Below, in pieces: positions 1 through 12,829 of a stretch of DNA of 64,000 bases. The stretch is from NCBI GenBank assembly GCA_024704765.1, contig JAKMXF010000336.1, positions 124,001-188,000 of the forward strand. The letters run 5' to 3'. The notes under the pieces were generated by a model that saw only the letters and a list, made by a program, of their open reading frames with translations, ran no database searches and was not told the origin of the DNA. A program made the position numbers and the translations under genes. Source of the DNA: Oopsacas minuta (Eukaryota; Animalia; Porifera). Numbering within the stretch: the first letter of the stretch is position 1; every line of letters starts with the position of its first letter.

Positions 1-965
1 CAGCTTCTGAAATAGATCCCGATGATACCAAATTCCATTACAGAGCAGCTATTTCTTGGTCAGGTATGGGTAATCACGTGCGTGCTATAGAGGTACTGAG
101 GAATTTAGTAGTGCTAGCTAAAGATAATAGCGTAAAACAGAGTTTTGTGGATAGGGTGAGAGTTGAGGATATGTATCTAACTCAACAACACGTGAGATTA
201 ACTTGCCAGACATGGAGCATATTGTGTTAGTTGGTCTCTCTGTACAAATGGCTGACTTTATCGGATCCATAACACTGAAAAAATCTAGCTTCACTGGTTG
301 TGCTAAGAGAGGGTTATTCGCTACACGTGACATTAAAAGTGGAGAGGTGATACATATTTCTAAGGCAGCTGTCTATATTTGAGATTACAAAACCTGAAGT
401 ATTTCCCTCTCTTGAACTCTTTTCTGATGAACCTGTCTCACCTCCATTCCAAATTCTCATCCATAAGTTTATTGATATAATGAAGACTTTTAAACTATTC
501 GATTACAGAGTTTTGAAATTAGTTGAAAATAACAACACATCTCCATTCTATCATAACATCGACCTCTATACTGATAAGGGATATGATCTCGTGAAGGATA
601 TGGATTATCCAAAATTCTCTATAGAGAAGATTCGCGACATTGCGATTAAAAAGGGAGGTGCGTGTAGTTTAGAAAGTGGCACCAATTTATCTTCTTCAGC
701 CACTATAGGTGAAATGGTAAATAATGCTGTCTCACTAGGAGTTTGGTGTATTCGATCTTTATTGAATCACTCTTGTGTTGGGAATATTGTGAGAGTTGTG
801 AAAGGAAAAGTTTCTTTGTTGAAAGTATTTAGAGACGTTAAAGCTGAAGAAGAACTAACAATCTCTGCAATTGACGGTGCATACAAAATGGAATTGAAGG
901 GAAGAAAGGAAACTCTAAAACTATTAAACGCATACAATTGTAAATGTCTCCTCTGTAAGTATTAA
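1..965 (+). pseudogene. TPR + SET/post-SET (SMYD-like) lysine methyltransferase pseudogene, 5' end outside window
   Basis: Stitching frames gives a TPR end (ASEIDPDDTKFHYRAAISWSGMGNHVRAIEVL, from nt 3), the SET N-lobe (KRGLFATRDIKSGEVIHISKA, ~305-370), the SET core (LLNHSCVGN...RDVKAEEELTISAID) and post-SET CKCLLC. At least 3 frameshifts (~190, ~380, ~470). Confidence 0.75.
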
Positions 966-1089
966 TCTGAACCAAACATCACATTTTGCTGTCTAATGTA
1001 GCAAATACTTGACTAAAACTAACGTGAATATAAGTATATAATTTATCAAAAATTTTTGAAGTGATTTGATATAATTAATCTCTAAATTG

Positions 1090-1900
1090 TGTCAGATCCA
1101 GATAACTCTAGACGATGGTTCAAGCAGTGCTAGAGAATGATATTCGGATATTTTATCGCAAACGCTCGCACCAGCAGAAGCAAATCCGAATAAATGTTGG
1201 CTAAGATAATCTATATTATTAATTCCGTAACTCTCCATACAATTCGGTAGAGTACCCAGGATAGTTGAGGCATCCTGCTTTGCCTGTTCAATGAGATCCA
1301 AAAACATGAATTTCGGACTTTCAAGCTTCGAAGTTTCACACTCTAGATAAACTACTAGTGTAGAAATATTAGACAGAGTAGTTGATTCATCAATAATTAA
1401 CACTATTTTGCCTTCAATTTCCTGTGTACGGAACAAATCTTAAGTATCATTTGGAACTTTATGTGATCAATGATTTCTGTTGCAGAGTAACGGGAATGAA
1501 AATCTACCCCAAGATCAGTGCCATTCAACTGTTGTAGCTCAACTAAATCGGGATGATCGGTATACGGTCAAAGATATTAAGCTGTTTGAATAATTCGTTT
1601 AGTGTCCTCTAATTGTAAACGTTTCAAATTATCTGTGCTTTTCAATACAGGACTTTTCTACACTTAGAAGACTTTCTTCTGAAATAGTGTGTGTGCGTGA
1701 GAAGTTTGGTGTCGAACAATTTTCTTACGTAATGATTCCAATCTTGCTTCTTTTGTATCACCATAATAGTTAACAAGACACTCAGACAATTCTGTAGTGA
1801 CATAAACACCTCTTCTCTTATGCAAGGATAGACAAGACACTTTCTGCCATATTCAACACCCTAGAGTGCTATCTTTTCGAAATAACCATGGGTAATCCTT
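1090..1900 (-). mobile_element. Degenerate hAT transposase (KIAA1586/ZNF862-like)
   Basis: Minus-strand pieces PYTDHPDLVELQQLNGTDLGVDFHSRYSATEIIDHI, IIDESTTLSNISTLVVYL, FGFASAGAS (usually FASDGAS) and II.WHCLNHRLEL. Stops, frameshifts and an internal deletion. Confidence 0.75.
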
Positions 1901-2949
1901 CTTTTTACTTTCCCACATATCGGGAGACCAAATATCTGGAACTCTAATCTCGCCAGAATCACTGCTAAAAGAGGCTTTCGTATTTATAGCAGGCCCAGTC
2001 TTAGTGCTGTCAGAGCTTACTTCAATAATATAATCTTCTTCAGATTGTGAATTATCTAGAGTAGAGTTCTTCGAAGGCGCTTTGTAGGAGGAGATTGATC
2101 AAGTAAATCTAACAGAAATCGGTAATAGGAATTGTAAAATTAGACAAAGGGAAAGTAGACAAAAATGCTTTCAATACATTATAAACAGTCGACTCAGCAA
2201 TCCATTCTTGCCAAACGATTCTATATTTAATAATCGTCCAAAAGGTTCAGTATTGAATTCTAGGTCCGTGTACTACCCCTTGCCACATTCCTGAGTAAGT
2301 TGAAAACATTGAAATAATCTTTTATGGAATTTCACATGACTGTTAGCGTCATGGCCATGAATTATAGAAAGACAGTATGACAATGCCCAATTGTACCGTT
2401 GTCATAATGGTCCAGAATATGCTAAATTGCCACACTGCCAGTGCGATGTTAAAGAATTTCAATAAGCAGAAATTAGTATTCAGTTTTATGCTTGATGCTG
2501 GTTTCTGCCTATTGAAATCAACCCTGTCCGAAAATAGTATGATTCATCCGACAGAGTATGTCATGTTGTATATTTTCATTACATACCAGAAATTCATAAG
2601 CTCGGACTATAGCTGCTTATGATACTCATTGACTGTGTGCAGGAGCCTGTCTCTCCTGTCATGTCGATGCAGCCATTGACTATACTCAAATGGGCTCGTC
2701 GTACAACCAGTGGGGAAATCCCCCACGAGTTACGAAATGCCAAGAAGATCTCCACCTGTCGTCCAAACACCAAAGAAAGCGGAATATATATATATATCAG
2801 CGACTCGTCGACGGATCATCCTCTTTTGATCTCATCTGGGAGCAGCCAGAAGAGTACGAGTTCATACATTCAAACTCAAAGCCATTCAACCTAAGCACAA
2901 GTGTTGATATGTGTGGCTCTACATGACTTGGAAAAACTCCTACAACTTT

Positions 2950-3240
2950 GCGTGGATTCGGACAATCCTTCTACAAGAAACCTCCTAGAGAGCGCTGTTT
3001 AGAAAGGTACTCGTTCGAACGAGTTCTTATATTTAATAATTTCACGGGCAGTACTAATGGAACGCCTGTTGCGATCCAAGTCCCCCACTTCTCGAAGTTA
3101 AGGGTGCTAATCTCCCTAATGCAGCATCGCACTGTATCGTTTTGTCGAACCGCTCCCTCGACGTACAGTGATACCAGATCAAGGAAGAAAAACCACAGGA
3201 ATGGGAGGCATACCGCAGACGTATAACTTCCTCCATCACT
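2950..3240 (-). mobile_element. Possible non-LTR retrotransposon RT remnant; ~110 bp of it recurs at 16790-16900
   Basis: Minus-strand LAPLTSRSGGLGSQQAF (copy at 16.9 kb: PLRSGGLGSWQAF) resembles the LPxRxGGLG motif after the RT domain. No other RT motif recognised. Confidence 0.25.
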
Positions 3241-3770
3241 TGAAACCCCCACTTCTAACTCTCCAGAAACTACTACAGTTATTCGTAACAAGATTACAGA
3301 ATTAGTTATTAGTTATAGTTCTAATATTGATAATTGACCTTTAGTTACAATTGTATATTCCCATGAGTTGACCTTTCTTCTTGATATGCTAGCAAAGTAA
3401 GCTGAAATTTGACAGTTTGCAAATTGGGACAAAGAGATGACTTGGCGCACGACATCTTTCCAGGAGTGGTAGAGCCCACAATACCCCCCGTGGAGACGTC
3501 CCTCGGATTGACTTAGGAATGAGAAGGACTCTTATGGATAACTTGTGGGAATAGGGACGATTCCTATGTGAGAAATCCCACGTGGGAATCCCAAAGAAAT
3601 TCCCATAGATTATCCTGCGTTAATGAGAATCAAAAAGTAATTCACATTTCAAACCTTAAGGGCTCTATGTATTGCATGGGAGGACAAGTTAGGACTACCA
3701 TATCAAATATTAATATAAGAATAGAGTAATATACTGAATTTTATGTAAATTCATTTAATTATATAAATTT

Positions 3771-3972
3771 GATATCTCTCTGTATAGGTCTCTGTATTGA
3801 TTTGTATTTATAGTTAGAGCTCATTACTTATAGTCAAATAGATAAGTTATATTATTTGAATTGTTTCATTATTCTAATTACAGAACTGAACTAATGGCTA
3901 CAGCTAATACTTTAGAGAGAATATTCTCTGTAGACTATAAGAGCAAGATACAACCTATAGTCAGTGTTTGTA
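3771..3972 (+). promoter_or_regulatory. Invariant NHL 5' block (113 nt non-coding ending in a splice-acceptor-like TTACAG, then first codons), copy A
   Basis: gatatctctctgtatagg...ttattct(a/g)ttacag|aactgaactaATG. The gatatc start is exactly 90 nt from the ORF-track start in all six genes (3771, 12739, 16010, 19497, 25481, 27328), so there are no indels. Confidence 0.8.
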
Positions 3973-4757
3973 AATGGGGAATGGGGCTAGAAAATCTTGA
4001 TAGACCTAGCGGAGTTACTAATGATAATTCTACTGGAGATATCTATGTAGCAGATTGGGGGAATAGTTGTGTGAAAGTATTCGATTGTAATGGTGAGATT
4101 ATGTTTAAATTTGGAGATGAGGAAGGAGAAGGAAAGATGTATCATCCAAATGGGTTAGCTATATGTAGAGATGGAATTCTAATTACACAAAGTAGTCACT
4201 GGATTTTGAATTATCAAGTGAATGGGAAGTTTATTTCTAGAATAGGGAAACATGGGAAAGGAGAATTGGAATTTGATCATCCTCGTGGTCTGACATTCGA
4301 TGAATCTAACGGAGAGGTATACATATGTGATTCTGATAATCATCGTATTCAGATACTGTCCAAGGAACTTACCTACAAGACACAGTTTGGACAAGATAAC
4401 CTCTACTACCCTCGTGATGTTAAACTTACAAAAGAATTCATATATACTCTTGATCTATCTAATCCTTGTCTTCATCTGTACGACTATAATCTTATCCTAC
4501 ATAAGAGTATTATTTCTGGAGGATTTGGATTACAGCTGAATTATCCCAAATTCTTCTGTATTGACAATTCTAACAATATTCTTATTACAGATTATTCTAA
4601 TATATTTTCTCCTGGCTCTATTTCTATATTCAACTCTCAATTTGATTTGATGCGCAAGATAGCTATATCTCTTCCTATCGGTATTTCAGTAGATGACAGA
4701 GGAAGAGTTATTATAGTTAGTAGAGGAAGTGAACTGCTTCGTTTCAATATTTTCTGA
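3894..4757 (+). CDS. NHL-repeat six-bladed beta-propeller protein, copy A (propeller only)
   Basis: Open frame from ATG (MATANTLERIFSVDYKSK). Repeated NHL motifs PxGV/L...IYVAD..N.CVKVFD and FDHPRGL...YICDSDNHRIQI. Confidence 0.9.
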   Translation: MATANTLERIFSVDYKSKIQPIVSVCKWGMGLENLDRPSGVTNDNSTGDIYVADWGNSCVKVFDCNGEIMFKFGDEEGEGKMYHPNGLAICRDGILITQSSHWILNYQVNGKFISRIGKHGKGELEFDHPRGLTFDESNGEVYICDSDNHRIQILSKELTYKTQFGQDNLYYPRDVKLTKEFIYTLDLSNPCLHLYDYNLILHKSIISGGFGLQLNYPKFFCIDNSNNILITDYSNIFSPGSISIFNSQFDLMRKIAISLPIGISVDDRGRVIIVSRGSELLRFNIF

Positions 4758-5085
4758 ATACTTTTCCTATTTACTTCTAATTATTTTTCTTAGTACTATT
4801 CATTTTCTATAAACTCTATTATTCCTTAATTGTATTTCTTCCACGTGTTAGTGATATGCTTCTATGTTATAACGACATCTGTGAGTACACACTATCTTTC
4901 TAATTCTATATACATTTGAACCTCTTTATTAAGAACTACTGGATAAGACGAACATATATTTTATAATTTGATCTCAGCAATGGTTATTCAATTGCTATTA
5001 CTCTGGGTAAAGCTGTCTCATTCGACCGTATATACGAACACCAATCGACGGCCAAAATTAGACACCCTTACCCAGAGTAATAGTA

Positions 5086-5723
5086 CAGTAAACATTGGAT
5101 TTAACGACACTCATTTGGACAGGCAAAAAAGGTCGCTATATCCGATTTGTCGCTAAATCCGAGGAAGCTTTAAATATGTATTATATACTTGATGACACCC
5201 AAATTTATTCATGTTATACAATGTAGTATATTATGTTTTGTATTCTCGGCATGTTCATTATCTGCATCAAGCTCTTCAAAATTTCGTATTTTCTAGCAAA
5301 AGAAAAGTGCTTCCTTTTGCCAACTCCGCTCGAATCCATGAAGATAAAATTTTAGCATTACATTGGACGTACAATAGCTTTAAATATGCATTTTCGTAAG
5401 AAGCCAGGTGCTGTTGATTCAAAATAGGGGAGATTTTAATTAGTTTATAATTAAATCAATTATTATAGCTTAATAATTCACTAATTAGTACACTTTTCTG
5501 AAGTCCACGGTACAGACAGCCCAAAAGTCGTAATATCCGATGGGATTTGCATGGAGCAGACACAGAAAATATGTCGCTAAATTCAATTTGTCGTTATCTG
5601 ACAGGTCGTTATACCCGAGGTATGGTGTGTGCAGAATAATGCTGCGAGAATCTGGGTAAGCAAAATGAGTCGTTATAAGCGATTTGTCGTTAAAGCCGAT
5701 GTCGTTAAATCCAATGTTTACTG
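5086..5723. mobile_element. Tc1/mariner-type MITE, 638 bp
   Basis: 24-bp perfect TIR CAGTAAACATTGGATTTAACGACA with TA on both sides. Confidence 0.85.
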
Positions 5724-6719
5724 TAATTGAATAACCATTACTTTTACTGTACGTAGGTTACTGAATTTATTGTTAATTCTGTGCTATGAGATATTACTAT
5801 TCTGTACAGAGGCGATTTTAGATTATTTGGTATTTCAACATTTTGAACATAAATTACTTATTAACGTTCTATATGGTTACAAAGATGGAGTAGTTTTCGA
5901 TCTGAAATTTCACAAATGTGGCCTTTGTGAATTCTTACATACCATTATTGCATTTATTCGGGTTAAAGTGCTCCAGTTTCGTATTATGGGCGATATAGTA
6001 TCGTTTTGACAAAATGGTCCCCTACATAACTGGTCCAGGGGACCAGTTTTGATAAATATCCATGATATTGAATAAAAGTAGTCCCCCCTCACTTTGGAGG
6101 ATTTCTCAAATATTTCTCAATGTTTATATGACTTCAAAGTTCAGACTATTGTAACAATGTATAAGTAATCAAATAACTATTTGTACATATACTGGTTATG
6201 GCCTCGGACAGGGCAATACATCATTAATCCTAACTATATAACAAAATATGAGGGATTGAATCTTCTTTCCACATGCGATTTTGTACACTTAGTAGAACCT
6301 CCAAGATCCGCACCTCTTTGTATGCAGTAAGTAAGAAAATACTATTTTCTTTAGAAATCATACAAGATTTGTTGTTACGATACGGGCACCTCCCTCAACC
6401 GGGCATAGATTACCACGATTATGATATTAGCAAAATCTCATTTGCCATTTGCCTAGACTGCATGAAAGTCTTAATACCGCACTCGATATTAGTCATGATT
6501 TTTGTTGGATATAGTGAGGGTTCCGATTAGCGAGGTGGTTATTCTCCATTGGATTAGTGTTATTTCACTAATGTGAACGAATTCACTAATCCGAACAAAT
6601 TGTGTTTTCATTGGCACAGGACTGTTCGGATTAGCGAGGGTGTACTGTATTCACAATACTGAACAAACCTGCATTCTATTACTGTAAAATAAAAGTACTA
6701 TAATTTAAGAGATCATGCC

Positions 6720-7780
6720 AAAGGTATAATATGTTCTCATTGCATGACCATGTGTGGAGGAAACCTCTATAGAGATTGTACCAATATATTCGCCGATTTC
6801 AATATTTTCCCTTCGCTCTGCCTTACTAGCCAATTCTTTGAAGTCAAATCTACCCTTAGTATTTCCTAATAAGTTCAATTCTTTCTGATATCTGGAAGAG
6901 ATTTTAGAATTATTTGTTATGATATTTTGTAGTATTTCACAGGTCTTTTCGTGATCTCCTAACCCTGACCATGAAGCAGCCATTCTAAATTGAATTTTGT
7001 CAGCAGTGGTGTCATGTTTCGCGGCAGTTTCTGCAGCTAAAAGAGCTCTTCAAAATGTTCCAACTGGATATAGCATTGAGCTCGATTGTTCCAATAGACA
7101 GGATTGACTTTGTCTACATCAATTGCGAGAGTATAGCAACTGATTGCATTTTCATAGCTCTCTGCTTTGTATTATTCGTTTCCCTCCTTCTTCTAATCAT
7201 CCCCAGATTTTAGGATTTAATCTTGTTTCTAAAGTCACAATAACTTCATCTGGAGATTCTTGTCGAATATAATGAAAACCATCATCAGCTAGTTTGCAAT
7301 ATGGATTAGTAATAACAATCTTATCCCTTTTCTTCAATGCATTGAGTAAGATTGAATAAATATTGTAGATACAGACTTAGCACACTAACCATAGTTGTCC
7401 TCGATTACTGTATGGTATGCGGTCATTACGAATCCATCGTATAACAATGTAACGTTTATAAATTAGTTAGTGTGAATAAGACAAGGTACTAATGCGATTA
7501 CTTTCATCTCTTCTAGAGAACCTTTATCAATGGCAGAGAATAGTTTTGACGTACTCAGAGGATTATATACTGTTATCTTATTAGATATAATAGTTTCTTC
7601 ATTAGGTTGTCTAATGTGATGTGTACATGTATGTGGACGTAAAATTCTCTCCATCAAAAATTCCTTAGTGTAATGACAGTTGCTACAGTTGACATAAATA
7701 TCAGTTTCTCTTATGGTTGATATCTGTGATATGTAACGTTCTTCCATTTCAGATACTTTAGGTTCGATAAACATTCATTA
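6720..7780 (-). pseudogene. TPR-SET family pseudogene (N-terminal domain + TPR, broken off at the start of SET)
   Basis: D*KKEGNE*YKAESYENAISCYTLAIDVDKVNPVYWNNRAQCYIQLEHFEE/ALLAAETAAKHD...FRMAASWSGLGDHEKTCEIL...EIGEYIGTISIEVSSTHGHAMRT. Two in-frame stops and frameshifts. Confidence 0.75.
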
Positions 7781-9399
7781 TTTGATCCTCGAGCATGCCA
7801 ATACATTTCTCTCTAACTGATTCTTTAATAACTTTTCTTGACAGAGTTAAAACCCAAATAGCATTGCTCATTTCTTTTATAGATGTCAGTAACGGGTACC
7901 CAGTATTTTCTAAGGATTGTTATATCATCATCAGGTATTTGGTGGCAATAATTTTCCATATATTCTTCCACTTTTAGTGCAATTTGGCATAATACCTCCA
8001 CCATTGTCTGACTGATGACCTACGAGTGCAATATATTAAATAGAAATTTATCATTTTCTTGGTACTATCCCGAAATCACTTTTCAATCCATTTGTTCCTT
8101 CCCAGGCTTACCTGACTTATAAAGTTGTAGAAAGGAGATGTTATACTGATATCAATTTAAATAGTATCCTGATCAAAGAAACCATCAAACTTCAGTGTCT
8201 GTCAGTCTTACCATTTGTTTATATTTTTCTGAAATTACCTTAATGATCCACAATCCAAAAGGAAGATTAGAATAATAACGCAAAGTCGAAACTTGTTTCT
8301 TGTACTTATCAGTTGTTCTATTTCTCAGATTGCAAATAATGTGGGATTTACATATATTTCCATCTTTTACATTTACTATATTTGCCCGAAAATAACTGTT
8401 AGAAATACTGATTTCGGCTGGATGTAAAATTGAAGTTGTTACATATACTAACGAATATTTACGTATAAAAGAGTGGCTCAAACACTAAAATAGAATCTCT
8501 TAAATAATAATTGTATTAATCCAAACATAAATTCATCAAAAGTTTAGTTGAATTATATTGTGTTACCATTCAATTGGTTAGTATGGCATACTGACAATTC
8601 TATGTTTATTCTTCTTCGTCTTGTTGAAAGACTATTTCAGTGGATTTTTCTTGAAATATATTCATTTTTATCTGTATCAGCAGCCTGATTAATTAGACAA
8701 AGTATCCCTACTTCGCGTAATTCAATGAATGATATTCGACTATTTGAATCATTATTACATCAAATTTCCTCAAAATCTGTATTTCATGATTATCATACTA
8801 TATCACTTTCATTTCATATTCCTCGTGCCAAACAACATATAGATTTAGCTAGCATAGATGATAGCCAAAACTATTCTTCCTTACTTATAGCCAAGCTCCA
8901 ATCTATCCTCTGTCAATGAGATAATATATTTATTCCAAAGAACATGCGAAGGTACAAGATAATTACTGTAGTCATATGAATTAAGACTCATCTCATTTCT
9001 CCAGCATGTTATGTATATCTCCATTGTTTAGATTGTCTTTCTCTACTGCATGTCCGACATTAGATAAATATATTCTTCATTTGGCATTGTAAGCGATTTC
9101 TCTACCTATCTCACCCAAGCTACTTCTTCCTTCAGTTCACTGGATAGAAATGTTATAGTTCCAATGGATGAAATACAAGTAAACTCCTACATTATCGAAG
9201 TCACAATTTTTTGATGATTCAAAATATTTTGTTCATTTGATTTTTCTGAAGTTTCTTCTCTATTATAAATTTATGTTATATTATGTGTATATTATATCTA
9301 TCTATATTGTAAATTTACATGTTTGTTTGATTATTTCATTTTTAGGTACTTTATATATTTAATTCATTAAACTCTGATATCTTGTTCCGAAATATTCTG

Positions 9400-9555
9400 T
9401 AATTAAGATCAAGTTGAAACCGATCGAACCGAATATTAGTATTCATGAATAGTTGCTTGACCGAATACTGATAATATTCGGTTTGGACCAACCGAATACA
9501 GAATACTGATATTCGGTTGGTATCCGAATATTGAACTATTCGGTGGCAACCTTGA
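9400..9555. mobile_element. hAT-like transposon end with subterminal (ccgaata) repeats
   Basis: Cluster of ccgaata/tattcgg motifs ending in ggtggcaaccttg. Partner end not found. Confidence 0.45.
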
Positions 9556-9904
9556 TTAAGACACAAATTAGTTTAGAGAGAAAGAAATGTTGTATGTTTA
9601 CAACGGTGGATCGTTTAATATAGTAAAATTTAATTTTTACTTGCACACTTCCTGAAACTCTTATTGACTGTATTAAAATCAAAAAATGTTATTCAATCAT
9701 TTTGCGAACCAAAAATAAGTAAATAATTATCACTTTGTATACTGTATATAGGGAAATATTGTAATTTGTAAGGCACATTACATCTCTAGTGTATAGATAG
9801 TTGAGTATTACAATGAACCACATGTACAATTCGTGTTACGTACTGAAATCTCAGAATTCTATACTCTCCTCAAAATACTACGATATGAGTGTCCATGGCG
9901 TTAC

Positions 9905-9945
9905 TTAAAGCAAACCCAGTGAGCCAAAGTAGCCCCAGTTTACCG
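9905..9945. mobile_element. Terminal fragment of the CAGTAAACTGGGGC MITE family
   Basis: taaagcaaacccagtgagccaaagtagccccagttta matches the TIR of the full copy at 45558-45793. Confidence 0.75.
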
Positions 9946-10346
9946 CAGGGGTGGCGCTAGGGGAACTACAGCCCTCCCATCGGGGGACTGTAGCCCACCG
10001 TCTGGGAAGGAATTGAAAAAATTGACAAGAATATGAATTCTAAAGTTATCTATTTCTGTAAGACTATTCGCCAGTATTTCCACCTTTCAACTTTTTACTA
10101 TTAATGTGTTTGATAATGTACTTTCGATCAATCGCCAATACTGTCAGAGAACCACTATACTACTGCAATTGAATTGCAAAGTTTCCTAAATGTAGAATCT
10201 CATTATAAGCGTAAAATAAATGTCAAGTGTGAATGGTTATACATCTATCTAGTGAACAGTGTAGTATACTAGGATTTATATCACAAATTTAGAGCCCCCC
10301 CCATAGAACTAAGCCCCTTGTCGGGGATTTCCTGGCGCCACCCATG
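9946..10346. mobile_element. hAT-type MITE, ~400 bp
   Basis: Ends caggggtggcgc / gcgccacccatg; degenerate 8-bp TSD gtttaccg / gtctgcgg. Absent from the paralogous site near 29728. Confidence 0.65.
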
Positions 10347-10929
10347 GTCTGCGGCACTCATAAATTGGGAACGGGCTACAGAGGATATGAATATAATATA
10401 TAGGAAGAACCATGGATGTTGAAATTAATGAGAGTTTTGTACTTTGTAGTATTCGATGGATAATGAATTCAGAATCCCATGAATATAGTATTACCTCGAA
10501 TAATATCCGGGGCGAATATATAATCCAAGCCTCCTTGAGAGGGAAGTTTCAATTTTGTAAACACGATAATTTCGATATAATCCTATGTACTAGCATTATG
10601 TGTATTTATCTTAATAAACATAAATCAAAATAAAGGAGAAATGACGATTCACTTTAAGTAGTCATTCATTCCAGGAGCTACAGGGGGCGAATAAATATTC
10701 GAGGTAATACGCTATCTCAAGTCATGAAATATATTGTATATCGTGTGTATCAGCACCACCCGAGGCACGAATTGCGGGTGACAACTAAACAATAACAGCT
10801 CATTACTGATAGTCCGGAATCATTGGGAAGGGGCGATAAATTCAATTTCGGACATAGTCCCCGTAGCCACCATAGCCTCGCCACCCCAAGTAAATGAAGC
10901 TTGTTAGTAACAAATAGATATTAAATGAC

Positions 10930-11321
10930 CATCATAAACGGTACAATCTCAACCAGATCTAACATTACAGATTTTTCTTGAGCAGATCTAGTCTGTGCTG
11001 AGCTATGCATCAGAACTAGTTTATCATTTGAATAATTCAGAAATTTCTCCAATACAGAATGGAATAAAATCAAATTCTGAGAACAGATAATTCGGAATTG
11101 ATAGAGACCATCTTTAGCAGAGGTAGTCTTCCCGTGATCAACACAAAGCTGACAGAATTTGATTGTCACTAAACTCTGTTCACTCACTTTATCTCTGTGA
11201 CGTTTATTCCTGAGAACATCGAATAGAACTTCTATAGCATCGTCGTATTTATCTACTTCAATGAACTCATCTGCACGATTTATAGCAGATTCAGGTTTAA
11301 GGGAAATCCAGGTTTAGACAT
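10930..11321 (-). pseudogene. EIF3A: Duplicated, inactivated eIF3a exon 1
   Basis: 392 bp vs 393 bp for exon 1 at 28757-29149. 1-bp deletion after MSKPG; donor gtgagt changed to gtcatt; no exon 2. Confidence 0.9.
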
Positions 11322-11773
11322 CTGAACTAAACTCAAGAGAATATTACGAGTATAGTACAGTAGTCAAACTTAACTTAAATTGATGGCAACCTCTGTTACA
11401 TAATAGGGGCGCGTGAGTCAACTTTGTATTTGAAATAGCTTAGCTTTAATGAGGAGCGCTCACATCTCATTTCATTCTTTGACTAAACACTAATGTGCAT
11501 CTCCCTAAAGGAGAGGAACTAATGATATCTGAATTATGTGGAATATCGTATCGAGTATTTAGAATAGCAATTTGACGTTAATAGCAAAACTAGAAATCGA
11601 GGGATAGTTCGGCATATGGCGTCGTTGTAACATGAAGCCATCCTCTATAAGAGGTGAAATAGAACAAGGAATAATACATAATATGGGAAGTGTATAGTTT
11701 GTTCAAATGTAAAATAATGTATTCAAAAGGAAACATAAACAAAGGTATGAACACTAGTAAAATAGAAAAATTA

Positions 11774-12616
11774 TCAAAAAATATTGAAACGATGTTCATA
11801 TCCATCACAAACCACAATAACTCTTCCTCTGTTATCTACTGTAACACCGACAGGACTAGCTATAGAAATCCTGTGTATTAAAGCAAATTTAGAGTCGACA
11901 AAAATAATACAGTTATAATCTGTAATAAGAACATTGGTAGAATTGTCAACATAGAGGAAAAATGGATTAATCAGCTGCAATCCATCTCCTCTAGAAATAA
12001 TACTCTTCTGTAGAATGAGATTATAGTTGTACAGATGAAGACAAGGATTAGATCGATCAAGAATATAAATGAATTCTTTTGTAAGTTTGACATCAAGAGG
12101 AGATTTGAGGTTATCTTGTCCAAACTGTGTCTTGTAGGTAAGTTCTTTGGACAGTATCTGAATACGATGATTCTCAGAATCACATATGTATGCCTCTCCG
12201 TTAGATTGATCAAATGTCAGACCATGAGGATAATAAAATTCCAAATCTCCTTCCCCAGGTTTCCCCATTTTAGAAATAAACTTCCCATTTACTTGATAAT
12301 TCAAAATACAGTTGTTTATTTGTGTAATTAGAACCCTATCTCTACATATAGCTAACCCAATTGGACGATTCATCTTCCCTTCTCCTTCCTCATCTCCAAA
12401 TTTAAACATAATCTGACCATTACAATCGAATACTTTCACACAATTATTCCCCCAATCTGCTACATAGATATCTCCAGTAGAATTATCAATAGTCATTCCT
12501 CTAGGTCCTTTAAGATTTTCTAGCCTCTCTCCCATTTTACAAACACTGACTATAGGTTGTATCTTGCTCTTATAGTCTACAGAGAATTTTCTCTCTAAAG
12601 TATTAGCTGTAGCCAT
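11774..12616 (-). CDS. NHL-repeat propeller protein, copy B
   Basis: Intact ORF from MATANT with full NHL motif set. Confidence 0.9.
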   Translation of the reverse strand: MATANTLERKFSVDYKSKIQPIVSVCKMGERLENLKGPRGMTIDNSTGDIYVADWGNNCVKVFDCNGQIMFKFGDEEGEGKMNRPIGLAICRDRVLITQINNCILNYQVNGKFISKMGKPGEGDLEFYYPHGLTFDQSNGEAYICDSENHRIQILSKELTYKTQFGQDNLKSPLDVKLTKEFIYILDRSNPCLHLYNYNLILQKSIISRGDGLQLINPFFLYVDNSTNVLITDYNCIIFVDSKFALIHRISIASPVGVTVDNRGRVIVVCDGYEHRFNIF

Positions 12617-12829
12617 TAGTTCAGTTCTGTAACTAGAATAATGAAACAATTCAAATAATATAACTTATCTATTTGACTATAAGTAATTAGCTCTAATTAT
12701 AAATACAAATCAATACAGAGACCTATACAGAGAGATATCAAATTTATATAATTAAATGAATTTAAATAGAATACAGTATATTCTGGGATGATGAACATTC
12801 TTATGTTTAATCGTTAGGTATATTTCAGA

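Noticed and set aside
3771-3883. Invariant block as an SL-RNA or snRNA gene
   Set aside because: Only a weak AUUUG-like site and no convincing stem-loops by eye; not supportable without covariance analysis.
3861-3893. ORF-track N-terminus MFHYSSYRTEL on all NHL copies
   Set aside because: Starts at TTG and runs through an acceptor-like pyrimidine tract; the first ATG is MATANT.
7800-9300. Coding-like minus-strand sequence (helical stretch, YDYSNYLVP...)
   Set aside because: Many stops; no family could be recognised. Probably an old pseudogene.
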